A stretch of DNA of 64,000 nt from Vicinamibacteria bacterium (GTDB lineage Bacteria > Acidobacteriota > Vicinamibacteria > Marinacidobacterales > Marinacidobacteraceae): NCBI GenBank assembly GCA_964291235.2, contig OZ219816.1, forward strand, positions 1,216,001 through 1,280,000, given 5' to 3'. Shown here piece after piece: positions 20,578 to 29,035 of this stretch. Every line of letters begins with the position of its first letter. Within the stretch, counting starts at the first letter, position 1. The position numbers and the translations under genes are program-made. The notes beneath the pieces are model-generated. The model was not told where the DNA came from and ran no database searches. It was given only the letters and a program-made list of their open reading frames with translations.

Positions 20578-20770
20578 CGTCCTGCGGGAGCTGAGATTCA
20601 GCTGCCGTTGTATCAACTCAGGTTGGCCAATCCGCCGGGAGTACTAACTGAGCCCCGGTGCTGCGAGCACCTACGGTGGACACGTACCCCGACGGATGGC
20701 CGTGATGGACGACCAGTGGAGAGTCGGTTCCAATCGAGAACCAGTATAGGGGCTGGACAGCATCGCGGCG
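20578..20770 (+). ncRNA. IS110 bridge RNA (target-binding loop about 20625-20701, donor-binding loop about 20701-20767)
   Basis: Two stem-flanked internal loops whose guide segments match the target (GAGCCCC / CGGTGG) and the donor (GTGGAGAGTC / TATAGG), plus a 5' hairpin AGCTGA-GAT-TCAGCT. The ends are approximate. Confidence 0.85.
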
Positions 20771-20812
20771 CGGCGGACCTCCGACGGAGCGCAAGCTCGA
20801 AGGAAGACAGCG

Positions 20813-22075
20813 ATGAAGCAGAAGCTGAGCTGGTTCGTGGGCATCGACTGGGGCGAGCAGAGCCACCAGGTGTGCCTGTGCGACAGGCGCGGGAAGGTGC
20901 GCGGGGAGCGCGCCTTCGCGCACAAGGGATCGGGGCTGGCGGCCCTGGTGAAGTGGCTTAGGAAGCAGACGGGTGTGCCGCCGGCGCGGGTGGCGGTCGC
21001 GATCGAGCGGCCGGATGGGGCGGTGGTGGCGACGCTGCTGGAGGCGGGGTTTGCGGTCTATGCGGTGAACCCGCGGCAGACGAGCCACCTGCGGAAGTTC
21101 ATCTCCCACCCGGGGCACAAGAACGACCGGCGGGACGCCCGGATGTTGGCCACCACGCTGCAGGCGAGCCTGGCGGGGTTCCGGCTGCTGGTGCCGCTAC
21201 CGGGGTTGGTGCTGCGGCTGCGGGAGCGGACCCGGACGGCGGACCGTCTGCTCCAGGAGCAGGTCCGGCAGTGCCTGCGGATCCGGAGTGCGCTGGTGGA
21301 CTACTTCCCGCAACTGCTGGAGGTAGCCGGCGAGGCGAAGAACCTGGGGACTCCGTTCTTCCGGGAGTTGTGGGCTCGGGCTTCTACGCCGGCGAAAGCG
21401 CGGAAGGTGTGGTTGTCCACGTTGGAGAAGCTGGTTCGGCGGTATGGAGTGACCCGGATCAGCGCCGCGCGGATCCAGGCGTTGTTCCGGGAGCCGGCGT
21501 TGGTGATGGCGCCGGGGGCGACCGAGGCGTCGGTGGAGACGATCCGCACGGCGCTCGCGCAGTTGGAGGTCGTGCGAGCGGAACTCGTCCGGGCGGAGGG
21601 CCAGATGACCCAGCTGCTGGACGAGTTCTCGGAGACGGCGGAGGCCGGGGGTGGTTCGGATGCCACGGGCCTGGATCTGGTGAGCGCGTTGCGCTCACGC
21701 CCGGGCGCGGGGGACAAGGCGCTGGCCCGGTTGTTCGCCTGGGGCTTCGAAGCGCTCTCGGAGGGGAACTACCGCCGTCTGCGCGCCTACTGTGGAGTAG
21801 CCCCGATCGAGGACCAGTCCGGCAAGTCCGCACAGCTCCGGCAACGGCGCGCCGTTCCCAGTTCGCTGCAACACGCCACCTACATCCTGGCGCGGGGGGT
21901 CGTCCGCTGGGACGAGAAGGTGGCGGCCTACAACCGGAAGTTGAAGGCGGAAGGGAAGCACACGGCCCGGCGCCACCGGAGCATCGCGGATCAACAACTC
22001 CGGGTGCTGTGCGCGATGGCCCGGAACCGAACCCTCTTTGATCCCAACTTCTCCCAGAAGCGGAGGGCCGCCTAA
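20813..22075 (+). CDS. IS110 family transposase/recombinase
   Basis: RuvC-like DEDD residues (FVGID, AIERP, KNDRRDA) and the C-terminal YCGVAPIEDQSG serine motif; AGGAAG RBS. Confidence 0.95.
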   Translation: MKQKLSWFVGIDWGEQSHQVCLCDRRGKVRGERAFAHKGSGLAALVKWLRKQTGVPPARVAVAIERPDGAVVATLLEAGFAVYAVNPRQTSHLRKFISHPGHKNDRRDARMLATTLQASLAGFRLLVPLPGLVLRLRERTRTADRLLQEQVRQCLRIRSALVDYFPQLLEVAGEAKNLGTPFFRELWARASTPAKARKVWLSTLEKLVRRYGVTRISAARIQALFREPALVMAPGATEASVETIRTALAQLEVVRAELVRAEGQMTQLLDEFSETAEAGGGSDATGLDLVSALRSRPGAGDKALARLFAWGFEALSEGNYRRLRAYCGVAPIEDQSGKSAQLRQRRAVPSSLQHATYILARGVVRWDEKVAAYNRKLKAEGKHTARRHRSIADQQLRVLCAMARNRTLFDPNFSQKRRAA

Positions 22076-22101
22076 CGCTCTTGCGTTCTCGTGGAAAGTC
22101 C

Positions 22102-22206
22102 ACCGGGAGAACTGGGCCGGCCTCCAGGCTGGCACAGCGGGCCGCAGGCCCGCGTCGGCGCAGACCCCACCCGTCGGCATGGTTCCCGTCTCGGCCCGTA
22201 CCCCAC
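22102..22206 (-). repeat. Remainder of the inverted REP-like unit downstream of the IS
   Basis: GCCGGCCTCCAGGCTGGCACAGC and ATGGTTCCCGTCTCGGCCCGTACCCCAC are near reverse complements of segments of the 121-bp unit. Confidence 0.7.
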
Positions 22207-22270
22207 TCGGCGCGGTGGCCCGGTTTTCTCTGTCGCCAAATGCACCGGTTCTGGATGTCGCTTGACGCAG

Positions 22271-22823
22271 GGCTGGTGGACTTCTCCCCGAGAGCGGAAC
22301 CATCGTGACGCTGGAGAGTCCGTCCGGCCGCCCGCCTGCGGCGGGCTGTGCCGGCCTGGAGGCCGGCGTTCCCGTGCCGGCGCGACATCAAGGCTGGTGG
22401 GGTGGCCGCCGAGAGGGGAACCATCCTGACGCTGAAGGGTCCGTCCCGCCGCCCGCCTGGGGCGGGCTGTGCCGACCAGAGGTCGGCGTTCCCGTGCCTA
22501 CGGGACATTAAGGCTGGTGGGGTGGCCGCGGAGAGGGGAACCATCGTGACGCTGAAGGGTCCGTCCCGCCGCCCGCCTGCGGCGGGCTGTGCCGGCCTGG
22601 AGGCCGGCGTTCCCGTGCCTGCGTGACATCAAGGCTGGTGGGGCGGCGGCCGAGAGGGGAACCGTCCTGACGCTGAAGGGTCCGTCCCGCCGCCCGCCTG
22701 CGGCGGGCTGTGCCGGCCTGGAGGCCGGCGTTCCCGTGCCTGGGCGACATCAAGGCTGGTGGGGTGGCGGCCGAGAGGGGAACTATCTGGCGTTGATCTC
22801 GGCGGCGGGAGTACGAGAAATCC
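22271..22823 (+). repeat. Tandem array of four about 121-bp REP/BIME-like units plus terminal module
   Basis: Units start at 22271, 22392, 22512 and 22633, with a partial unit at 22754. Each holds the palindromes CCCGCC-TGC-GGCGGG and GCCGGCC-TGGA-GGCCGGC. Confidence 0.9.
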
Positions 22824-22826
22824 GCG

Positions 22827-24299
22827 CTAGTGGTGGGTCGGAATCGGTAAGGCGAGGACCGACGCGCGGGCCCGGATCATCATGTGGACGGCGGGGTCCG
22901 GCCGGAAGAAGGAGCCGGCGTGGCCCTGGTCGTAGCCGAGCACCAGGAGATCCCGCGGACCGGTGAGCCGCGCGAGTTGGCGGGGCGGGTTGCCTTCCGC
23001 GCGGATGATGGGAACCCGGACCCGGTAGAGATCGGCCATCCGTTCGATGGCCTTCAGCACGGAGGCGACGTCGCCGCCGCTCTCGAGACCCCGGCCGATG
23101 AAGGAGGGGGGCGTCACCAGCACGGCGGCGAGCGGGATGCGGAACTGCCGGGCCAGTCCGATCGCGGTGTCCGCGGCGCGCAGGGTGGCCTCCACGTCGG
23201 TGACCGGGATCACGAGCCGTTCCCACGGAAAGCTGCCGCCCGGGATCAGGACCGGGCACGAAAAACGCGCCATGGTGGAGAGGAAACGCGCCGCGTTCAG
23301 GCCGATCCGGGCGGCGAAGGAGGCCTCTCCGTGGTCGATGAGGACGCAGCCGGCGTCCGGCCGGGCGGCGTCGAAGGGATCGTCGCCGGGTGGGATCCTG
23401 GTAACCCGGTCCGCGGGGACATCGAAGTCGTCGGGAGGCTCGACGCCCTCGGGGGCGACGATGCGCAACCGGCGCGCTCTCGAGGTGCGGAACAGGTACT
23501 CCGCTTCGCGCCAGGCGACCTCGGGGAGCGGCCGTTCGGCGAAGACCACGATGTGACTCCCGAACTGGAGCGGGAACAGGGACTTCCCCTCGCGGAGGAA
23601 TTCGGCGGCGCCCGGAGCGACCTCGGGCTCCCCGGTGATCAGGAGGCGGTCTCCCGCCTCGATCACCGCGTCGCCGTCCGGCACCACGAAGCGCCCGCCC
23701 CGGTAGATGCCGGCGACAAGCCACTTGCGGGCGCCGAGGTCCCTGAGCTTCACGTTGACCGCGGGCGAGGTGGGCAACACCTGGATCTCCCGGATCTCGC
23801 CGTGACCGAGGCCCAGGGAGGCCTCCACCTGGTGGGAGCGTTCCACCCGGTTCCGGATCTGGCTCGCGATGACGCCGGGCCGGGCGATGCTTTCGGCTCC
23901 GGTGGCCCGCAGCCGCCCGGCCCGGTGGGATTCGCGCAGGGTGCCAATGGTGGCCGGACGGGGCGTCAGGTCGGCCGCCACCCGGCAGACCTCGATGTTG
24001 ACGGTGTCCTGGTCGGTGGCGGCGATGACCCACTCGGCCCCGTCGCCGGCGGCGGCGGCGAGTGCCAGCGCACTCGTACCGTCGCGGAGCAGGGTCTCCA
24101 CCGGCCGGCCGGCGGCATCCTCGCGGAGGCGGTCCAGTTTCTTCGGGTCCGTGTCGAGCACCACCACCCGCCGCTCGCCGGCAAGCTGGCGCGCCAGCTC
24201 CCGCCCGGTCTGCCCGGCGCCGACGATGACGACCCGAGGGAGGTCGTGGGGGGACGGCGCTTCACTCTCCGGAGAGAGGTCCGGAGAGCGTTCAGGCAT
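22827..24299 (-). CDS. TrkA-like RCK_N/RCK_C protein fused to universal-stress-protein-like domain(s)
   Basis: VVIVGAGQTG, IAATDQDTVN, VVPDGDAVIEAGDRL and C-terminal DLLVLG..GS...MMIRARASVL. Confidence 0.75.
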   Translation of the reverse strand: MPERSPDLSPESEAPSPHDLPRVVIVGAGQTGRELARQLAGERRVVVLDTDPKKLDRLREDAAGRPVETLLRDGTSALALAAAAGDGAEWVIAATDQDTVNIEVCRVAADLTPRPATIGTLRESHRAGRLRATGAESIARPGVIASQIRNRVERSHQVEASLGLGHGEIREIQVLPTSPAVNVKLRDLGARKWLVAGIYRGGRFVVPDGDAVIEAGDRLLITGEPEVAPGAAEFLREGKSLFPLQFGSHIVVFAERPLPEVAWREAEYLFRTSRARRLRIVAPEGVEPPDDFDVPADRVTRIPPGDDPFDAARPDAGCVLIDHGEASFAARIGLNAARFLSTMARFSCPVLIPGGSFPWERLVIPVTDVEATLRAADTAIGLARQFRIPLAAVLVTPPSFIGRGLESGGDVASVLKAIERMADLYRVRVPIIRAEGNPPRQLARLTGPRDLLVLGYDQGHAGSFFRPDPAVHMMIRARASVLALPIPTHH

Positions 24300-24412
24300 G
24301 ACGGAGAAGGGTCCGGACCGGGCGCGGCACGAGGCCCGAGGCGCGGCGCGTCAAGGCGCCGCGCCGGAACGGAATCTTCCGTCCGGCGCGCGGCGAACCA
24401 GTGAGCGGAAAA

Positions 24413-25180
24413 CTACTGCGCTCTCAGGGTGCCCGTAATCGTGGACACCGCCTCGGTGTCCCAGGGCGGCACCATCACCCTGCTGATGGGCGCCTGGGGG
24501 TCCGTCGGGGTGTCCGGACCGGTCTCTTCGGTACCGCCGACGGCCATGTACGGTTCGCCATCAACGACTCCGGCGTCGTATATCTCGGCTCGGACCATAA
24601 GCGTCTCCATCCAGTTGCCGTCCGCATCGATGGCGCAGGTATTGAAGCCGATGAACCAGTCCGGGCTCGGCGAGAGTTTCTGGGCATAGCTGATGCACGG
24701 AAACTCGGAACTGAGGGTGATTTCCGAGGCTCCCAGCAACGCGACGATCTGATCGAAGCTCTCCGCGAGGACCACCCAGCCCATCTCCATGGCGTCGTCC
24801 GCCAGGTCGTGCGAATGGCCGTCCCAGGCTAGGTGTTCGAGACCCTCGGAGGCCATCCCGCCTTCTTCCCAGACCACGGTATCCAGGGGGTGGGCGATGA
24901 ACGCGATTTCGTTCTCGGCCATCGCGCCCTCGGGGTACAACTCCGCGCCAAGGATCAGGAAAAGCGGATTCGTCGAATAGTGCGGGTCGTACATGATGTC
25001 GTAGGTGCGCATCTCGGCTTCCGGCTCCGGCTCGGGCTCCGGTGCGGGAGGCGGCGTAGGCGTGGGCGCCGGGGCGGGCGCGGGCGCGGGGGTGGTGCCG
25101 CCCGAATCGCCGCCGCAACTCGCCAAGAGGAAGGCACTGGCCAGCAGCACGGTTCCCACCCAGATGGTTCTTGTTTTCAT
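24413..25180 (-). CDS. Spondin_N domain lipoprotein
   Basis: Lipobox LASC, Pro/Ala linker, SPSPDWFIG and YDAG; AGGAGG RBS. Confidence 0.75.
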   Translation of the reverse strand: MKTRTIWVGTVLLASAFLLASCGGDSGGTTPAPAPAPAPTPTPPPAPEPEPEPEAEMRTYDIMYDPHYSTNPLFLILGAELYPEGAMAENEIAFIAHPLDTVVWEEGGMASEGLEHLAWDGHSHDLADDAMEMGWVVLAESFDQIVALLGASEITLSSEFPCISYAQKLSPSPDWFIGFNTCAIDADGNWMETLMVRAEIYDAGVVDGEPYMAVGGTEETGPDTPTDPQAPISRVMVPPWDTEAVSTITGTLRAQ

Positions 25181-25309
25181 CGCGGTTCCTCCTTTAGGTC
25201 CCGAAAATACCCGTTTCCCGTAACGATTCCATTACGGTCAAAATGAATGGTACCGCATCGCGGTTCGCTTGGGCCGGCGAAAACGCGCGGACCCTCTCCG
25301 CCACCGAAC

Positions 25310-26074
25310 CTATTCCTGCTGACGCGTCGCGGTGAGCGGATAGGCGACGGCGGGCGCCGCGAGGTAGGGCGGGGCGTCGAGAACCGCTATGGGCTCCCGC
25401 GGGTCGGTGTCGGAGGACTTGACCATGAAGTCCTCACCTTCGGCGGTGCCCGCGTCGTAGGCGATCACGTCGGCCCCCATCTCGTCGAGCCAGCGCCCCT
25501 CTTCGTCCGTCGCGCAGGCGTTGCTGAGCCCGATAAACCAGTCCGAGCTGGGAGCGATCTGCTGGGCATAGGTGAGACAGGGTCGCTCGAGGTCCATCTC
25601 GATCGAAGGGTCCGGACTGAGGAATATCTGGAGAAACTCCCCCAGGTTCGCGGCAATTACTTTCATGCCGGCGGCTTCGGCCTCGGCGACGAACGCCGCC
25701 GACGCTCCCGTCTCGGCGAGCAGCTTCAGGGCATCGGAAGCAGTCTCCCCGACTGTCCATGGGGCGGCGTCCCGCGGGTGCGCGATCATGGCGAGCGGAA
25801 ACGCGAAGTCCACGCCCTCGGGGAGGGAACCGGGAACCCGTGGCCCGAGCTGGGCAACCGGCTGGGCGAACGTGTAGGTCGCGGTTTCCGGCTCCGGGGG
25901 TGGCGGCGGATCGGGAGCAGGTGCAGGAGTCGGCGCGGGCGCCGGCGCCACCGGCGCGGGGCGGTCCTCACCACAGGCGGAGATCGAAAGGGCGGCAGCA
26001 GCCAGCAACAGAGCGGTCAGGGCGGGAAAGAGGGAACGAGAAGGAACCAGCTTGAGGCAAGCAGCAAGGCGCAA
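25310..26074 (-). CDS. Spondin_N domain lipoprotein (paralog)
   Basis: Lipobox ISAC, Pro linker, APSSDWFIG and YDAGTAEG; TTG start chosen after a GGAG RBS. Confidence 0.75.
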   Translation of the reverse strand: MRLAACLKLVPSRSLFPALTALLLAAAALSISACGEDRPAPVAPAPAPTPAPAPDPPPPPEPETATYTFAQPVAQLGPRVPGSLPEGVDFAFPLAMIAHPRDAAPWTVGETASDALKLLAETGASAAFVAEAEAAGMKVIAANLGEFLQIFLSPDPSIEMDLERPCLTYAQQIAPSSDWFIGLSNACATDEEGRWLDEMGADVIAYDAGTAEGEDFMVKSSDTDPREPIAVLDAPPYLAAPAVAYPLTATRQQE

Positions 26075-26181
26075 CGAATTACTCCGGGGTGGGCCGGCAG
26101 GAACCGGGTTTGGCAAGCAGAGAGGCCGGTGGGGGGGACGCCGGCGCCGGGAAGTCTATATTTTGAAACCGGCTTTCAGTT

Positions 26182-27927
26182 TCACTCTTGCGAAACGGCG
26201 ACCCCCGTGCCGGCACGAACCGGATCCACCCCCGGCTCGAACCGCGTTTCTTCCCCGGCCGAACCGCGGAGGATGCCGCTCGCGCGCCCAAAGTGCCCGC
26301 TCAACGCGGTCTCCCGCCGCACCAGCACTTCGTGCCCGCGCGCTTCGAGGCCGTGGGCGATGGCCCGGCAATCGGACGTCCGCTCATCGAGCGTGAGAGG
26401 TCCGAGGTCGGCGTGGAAGCCGGGGCCACCCACCGCGTCCTGAACCGACACGTCCCGATCCACCAGCCGGGCGACTCCCAGCGCGGCGGCGGAAATGAGG
26501 CGCCGCCCGCCGGGCGATCCCACCGCGGCCCAGGGGAACGCGCCGCGGGAGAGGATTGCGGGCGCCCCGGCGTGGAGCGCCCGGCGTCCGGGCGCCGGGG
26601 AGATCAGCCGCCCCGGACGCGGGTCGAACCACATCATTCCGTTGTTGAGCGGATAGCCGAGCCCGGGGGCCGCGAAGGCCGAGCCGAAACGGCCGCCGAG
26701 GGTCGCCGTGAGGGATACCGCCATCCCCCCGGAATCCATCGCGTTGACATGGGTCGTGCAGTCTCCCGTCGGGCCACCCGCAGGCGGCGACCGGAAGCGC
26801 TTCTCCGCCCCCGGGGGGAGCGGCCGGGCCAGGGTCTCGATCCGGGGGCCGTCGGGTGACATCCCGTCGCGCCGGGCCCGGAGATAGCCGGGATCGAGGA
26901 GATCGGCAGACGCTACGGGAGCGACGTCCGGGTCTCCCAGGTAGCTGAACCGATCCGCGAACGCCAGCCGCAGCGACTCCGCCACCAGGTGGAGGAAGGT
27001 GACTTCCGCCTCGGCTGCACCGCTGTCCGGATCCACGGGGGGAAAGGCGTCCAGGTGCAGGAGGGCGGCGGCGAGGGTGGGTCCTCCCGAATTCGCGGGC
27101 AGGGTGGCCACCGTGCAATCCCGAAACCGGAACCGCAAGGGTGCGACCTCGCGCACCGCCGCCGCTTCAAAGTCGCATTCGGAGAGGATGCCCCCGGCGT
27201 CGTTCACGGTCTCGAGGAGTCGGTGCGCGATCGGCCCCCGGTAAAACGGCTCGGGCCCCTCGCCCGCCAGCAGCCGCAAGGATCCGGCGAGGTCGGGATT
27301 CCGCAGCCGATCTTCCTCGCCCCCCGGAACGAAAGGAACGCCGTCCCCCCGCGTATACAGGGCGAACGCTGCCGGTGAGAGCCGAAGCCGCCGGTAGCCG
27401 GCGGCCGCGTGAACAGCAAACACCCAGTCGGGCAAAAACCCATCCTCGGCCAGCGCGACTGCCGGTTCCACCACCGCCTCGAACGAGAGGCGGCCGAAAC
27501 GGCGGTGCAGTTCGAAGAGGACGGCCGGAGCGGTGGGAACGAGCACACTGAGCGCTCCGGTCTCGGCGCGGTCTCCCCTGGTCGGAGGAAACCCGTAGAG
27601 TCCGCCTCCGACTCCCGTCAGGGGCTCGAACATTTCCTCGTGAGCGCGCGCCGGGCAACGGGCACTGCCGTCGAGCGCCACCGTGGCGCCGCTCGCCGCG
27701 TCGTGGATCACGCCGTAGGCCGTTCCGCCGAGGCCGTTCATGGCCGGCTCGACCACCCCGGCGGCGAGCAACGCCGCGACCGCCGCGTCGGCGGCGTTTC
27801 CTCCCGCGGCGAGGATCTGGCCACCCGCACGGGCAGCGCCCGAAGTCATCGCGGTCACGGCGCCGCGGTTCCCGGACACCCGGGAACGGCCGGGCAGGGG
27901 AACCTGTTCGATGAGCGAGGTCGTCAT
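26182..27927 (-). CDS. ggt: Gamma-glutamyltransferase family protein
   Basis: GGNAADAAVA, VVEPAMNGLGG, nucleophile motif CTTHVNAMD, LNNGM and GSPGG. Confidence 0.88.
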   Translation of the reverse strand: MTTSLIEQVPLPGRSRVSGNRGAVTAMTSGAARAGGQILAAGGNAADAAVAALLAAGVVEPAMNGLGGTAYGVIHDAASGATVALDGSARCPARAHEEMFEPLTGVGGGLYGFPPTRGDRAETGALSVLVPTAPAVLFELHRRFGRLSFEAVVEPAVALAEDGFLPDWVFAVHAAAGYRRLRLSPAAFALYTRGDGVPFVPGGEEDRLRNPDLAGSLRLLAGEGPEPFYRGPIAHRLLETVNDAGGILSECDFEAAAVREVAPLRFRFRDCTVATLPANSGGPTLAAALLHLDAFPPVDPDSGAAEAEVTFLHLVAESLRLAFADRFSYLGDPDVAPVASADLLDPGYLRARRDGMSPDGPRIETLARPLPPGAEKRFRSPPAGGPTGDCTTHVNAMDSGGMAVSLTATLGGRFGSAFAAPGLGYPLNNGMMWFDPRPGRLISPAPGRRALHAGAPAILSRGAFPWAAVGSPGGRRLISAAALGVARLVDRDVSVQDAVGGPGFHADLGPLTLDERTSDCRAIAHGLEARGHEVLVRRETALSGHFGRASGILRGSAGEETRFEPGVDPVRAGTGVAVSQE

Positions 27928-27933
27928 CCGGCG

Positions 27934-28914
27934 TCAGTCGGCGAGCAGCGAGGGGTCCGCGTTCCCCCCACAGAGGGGAGTGAGGATGTCGCGGCGACGA
28001 AACCGCTCCGGATGCTCGAGGAGTGCGGCTACGCCCGCGGCGCCGGCGGGTTCCACCACCAGCCCGAGCGTCCGGTGCAGCAGACGCACGGCCTCCCGAA
28101 GGGCGGACTCGCTGACTTCCACCACCTCGTCCACCACCTGGCGCATGACCGGAACCGCCTCCGGGACCGGCACCCGCACGGCGATGCCGTCGGCGATGGT
28201 CGCCGGGGCAGTTCCGGCTGGAGACGGGTCTCCCGAGAGGAAGGCCCGCCGCATGACCGGCGCTTCCCGCGCGACCACGCCGACCACGGCCATCTCCGGG
28301 GCGGCGTGACGGATCCAGAGTCCCATGCCACCGATAAGGGCGCCGTTCCCGACCGGGATGACGACGGTGTCGGCGGAGACCCCGGCCTCCAGGCACTCGA
28401 GCGCGATGGTCCCGGCGCCCTCGGTGATTTCAGGTTCCCGGCCGTCTTCCACGAACTCAGCGCCGCTCTCCTCGGCGTAGGCAAGAGCCGCTTCCTTCGC
28501 CGCGTCGAAGTCGTCGCCGGCGAGGCGTACGTCGGCGCCGAGATCACGCATCGCCCGGACCTTGTCGGGATTGGCATGGAGCGACGAGAACACCGTGAGG
28601 GGAAGTCCCTGGCGGCGGGCGGCCCACGCCAGGCCCTGTCCGAAATTCCCGGCCGAGCCGGTGACCCACCCCGGGCTCCCCGCCGGAAGAGCGCGGAGAC
28701 GCCGGACCGCTTCCGGCCCTCGCCGGGCGCCGAACCAGCAGGCGCCGCGGGCCTTGAAGCTGCGAATCGGGTTGACGCACTCCACTTTCACGCTGACGCG
28801 GCAGCCGGTGGCGGCGCCGAGGGGGTCCGATCGAAACATCGGCGTATCCCGGAACTCCCGGGGGATGGCGGCGCCGGCGGCTTCGATGCCTTGCGGCGTA
28901 GGTTCTGACGGCAC
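27934..28914 (-). CDS. PLP-dependent threonine/serine dehydratase family enzyme
   Basis: KVECVNPIRSFKARGA, SAGNFGQG, PVGNGALIGG, TIADGIAV and EPAGAAG; GTG start inferred. Confidence 0.85.
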   Translation of the reverse strand: MPSEPTPQGIEAAGAAIPREFRDTPMFRSDPLGAATGCRVSVKVECVNPIRSFKARGACWFGARRGPEAVRRLRALPAGSPGWVTGSAGNFGQGLAWAARRQGLPLTVFSSLHANPDKVRAMRDLGADVRLAGDDFDAAKEAALAYAEESGAEFVEDGREPEITEGAGTIALECLEAGVSADTVVIPVGNGALIGGMGLWIRHAAPEMAVVGVVAREAPVMRRAFLSGDPSPAGTAPATIADGIAVRVPVPEAVPVMRQVVDEVVEVSESALREAVRLLHRTLGLVVEPAGAAGVAALLEHPERFRRRDILTPLCGGNADPSLLAD

Positions 28915-29035
28915 GGCCGGGATGGTAAGGCGCGCGTCTGCCCGGCGGCGGTCGAATACACTTTCGGACCCGTTTGGACCGCCGCTCCCGCGCTGCCGGG
29001 AGGGGCGAAAACGAGCAGCGGGTGAGGAAAATCCG

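Larger units (their letters stand above)
20562..22101 (+). mobile_element. Complete IS110-family insertion sequence (long left end, short right end), flanked by a duplicated CC core
   Basis: Left junction GGGAGCCC[CC]TATAGG and right junction GGAAAGT[CC]ACCGGGAGAACTGG. Removing the element restores a sequence matching the reverse complement of 46455-46495. No terminal inverted repeats. Confidence 0.9.

Noticed and set aside
20562-22101. IS1111-type organisation with sub-terminal inverted repeats and downstream ncRNA
   Set aside because: The right end is only 26 bp, no sub-terminal inverted repeats were seen, and the guides are upstream of the transposase.
22271-22790. CRISPR array
   Set aside because: The sequence between the palindromes is itself repeated rather than unique spacers, the period is about 121 bp, and no cas genes are present.
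21459-22966. ORFs with repeated peptides across the repeat array (also 53089-53681)
   Set aside because: They are translations of the DNA repeats in several frames, with no RBS or coding signature.
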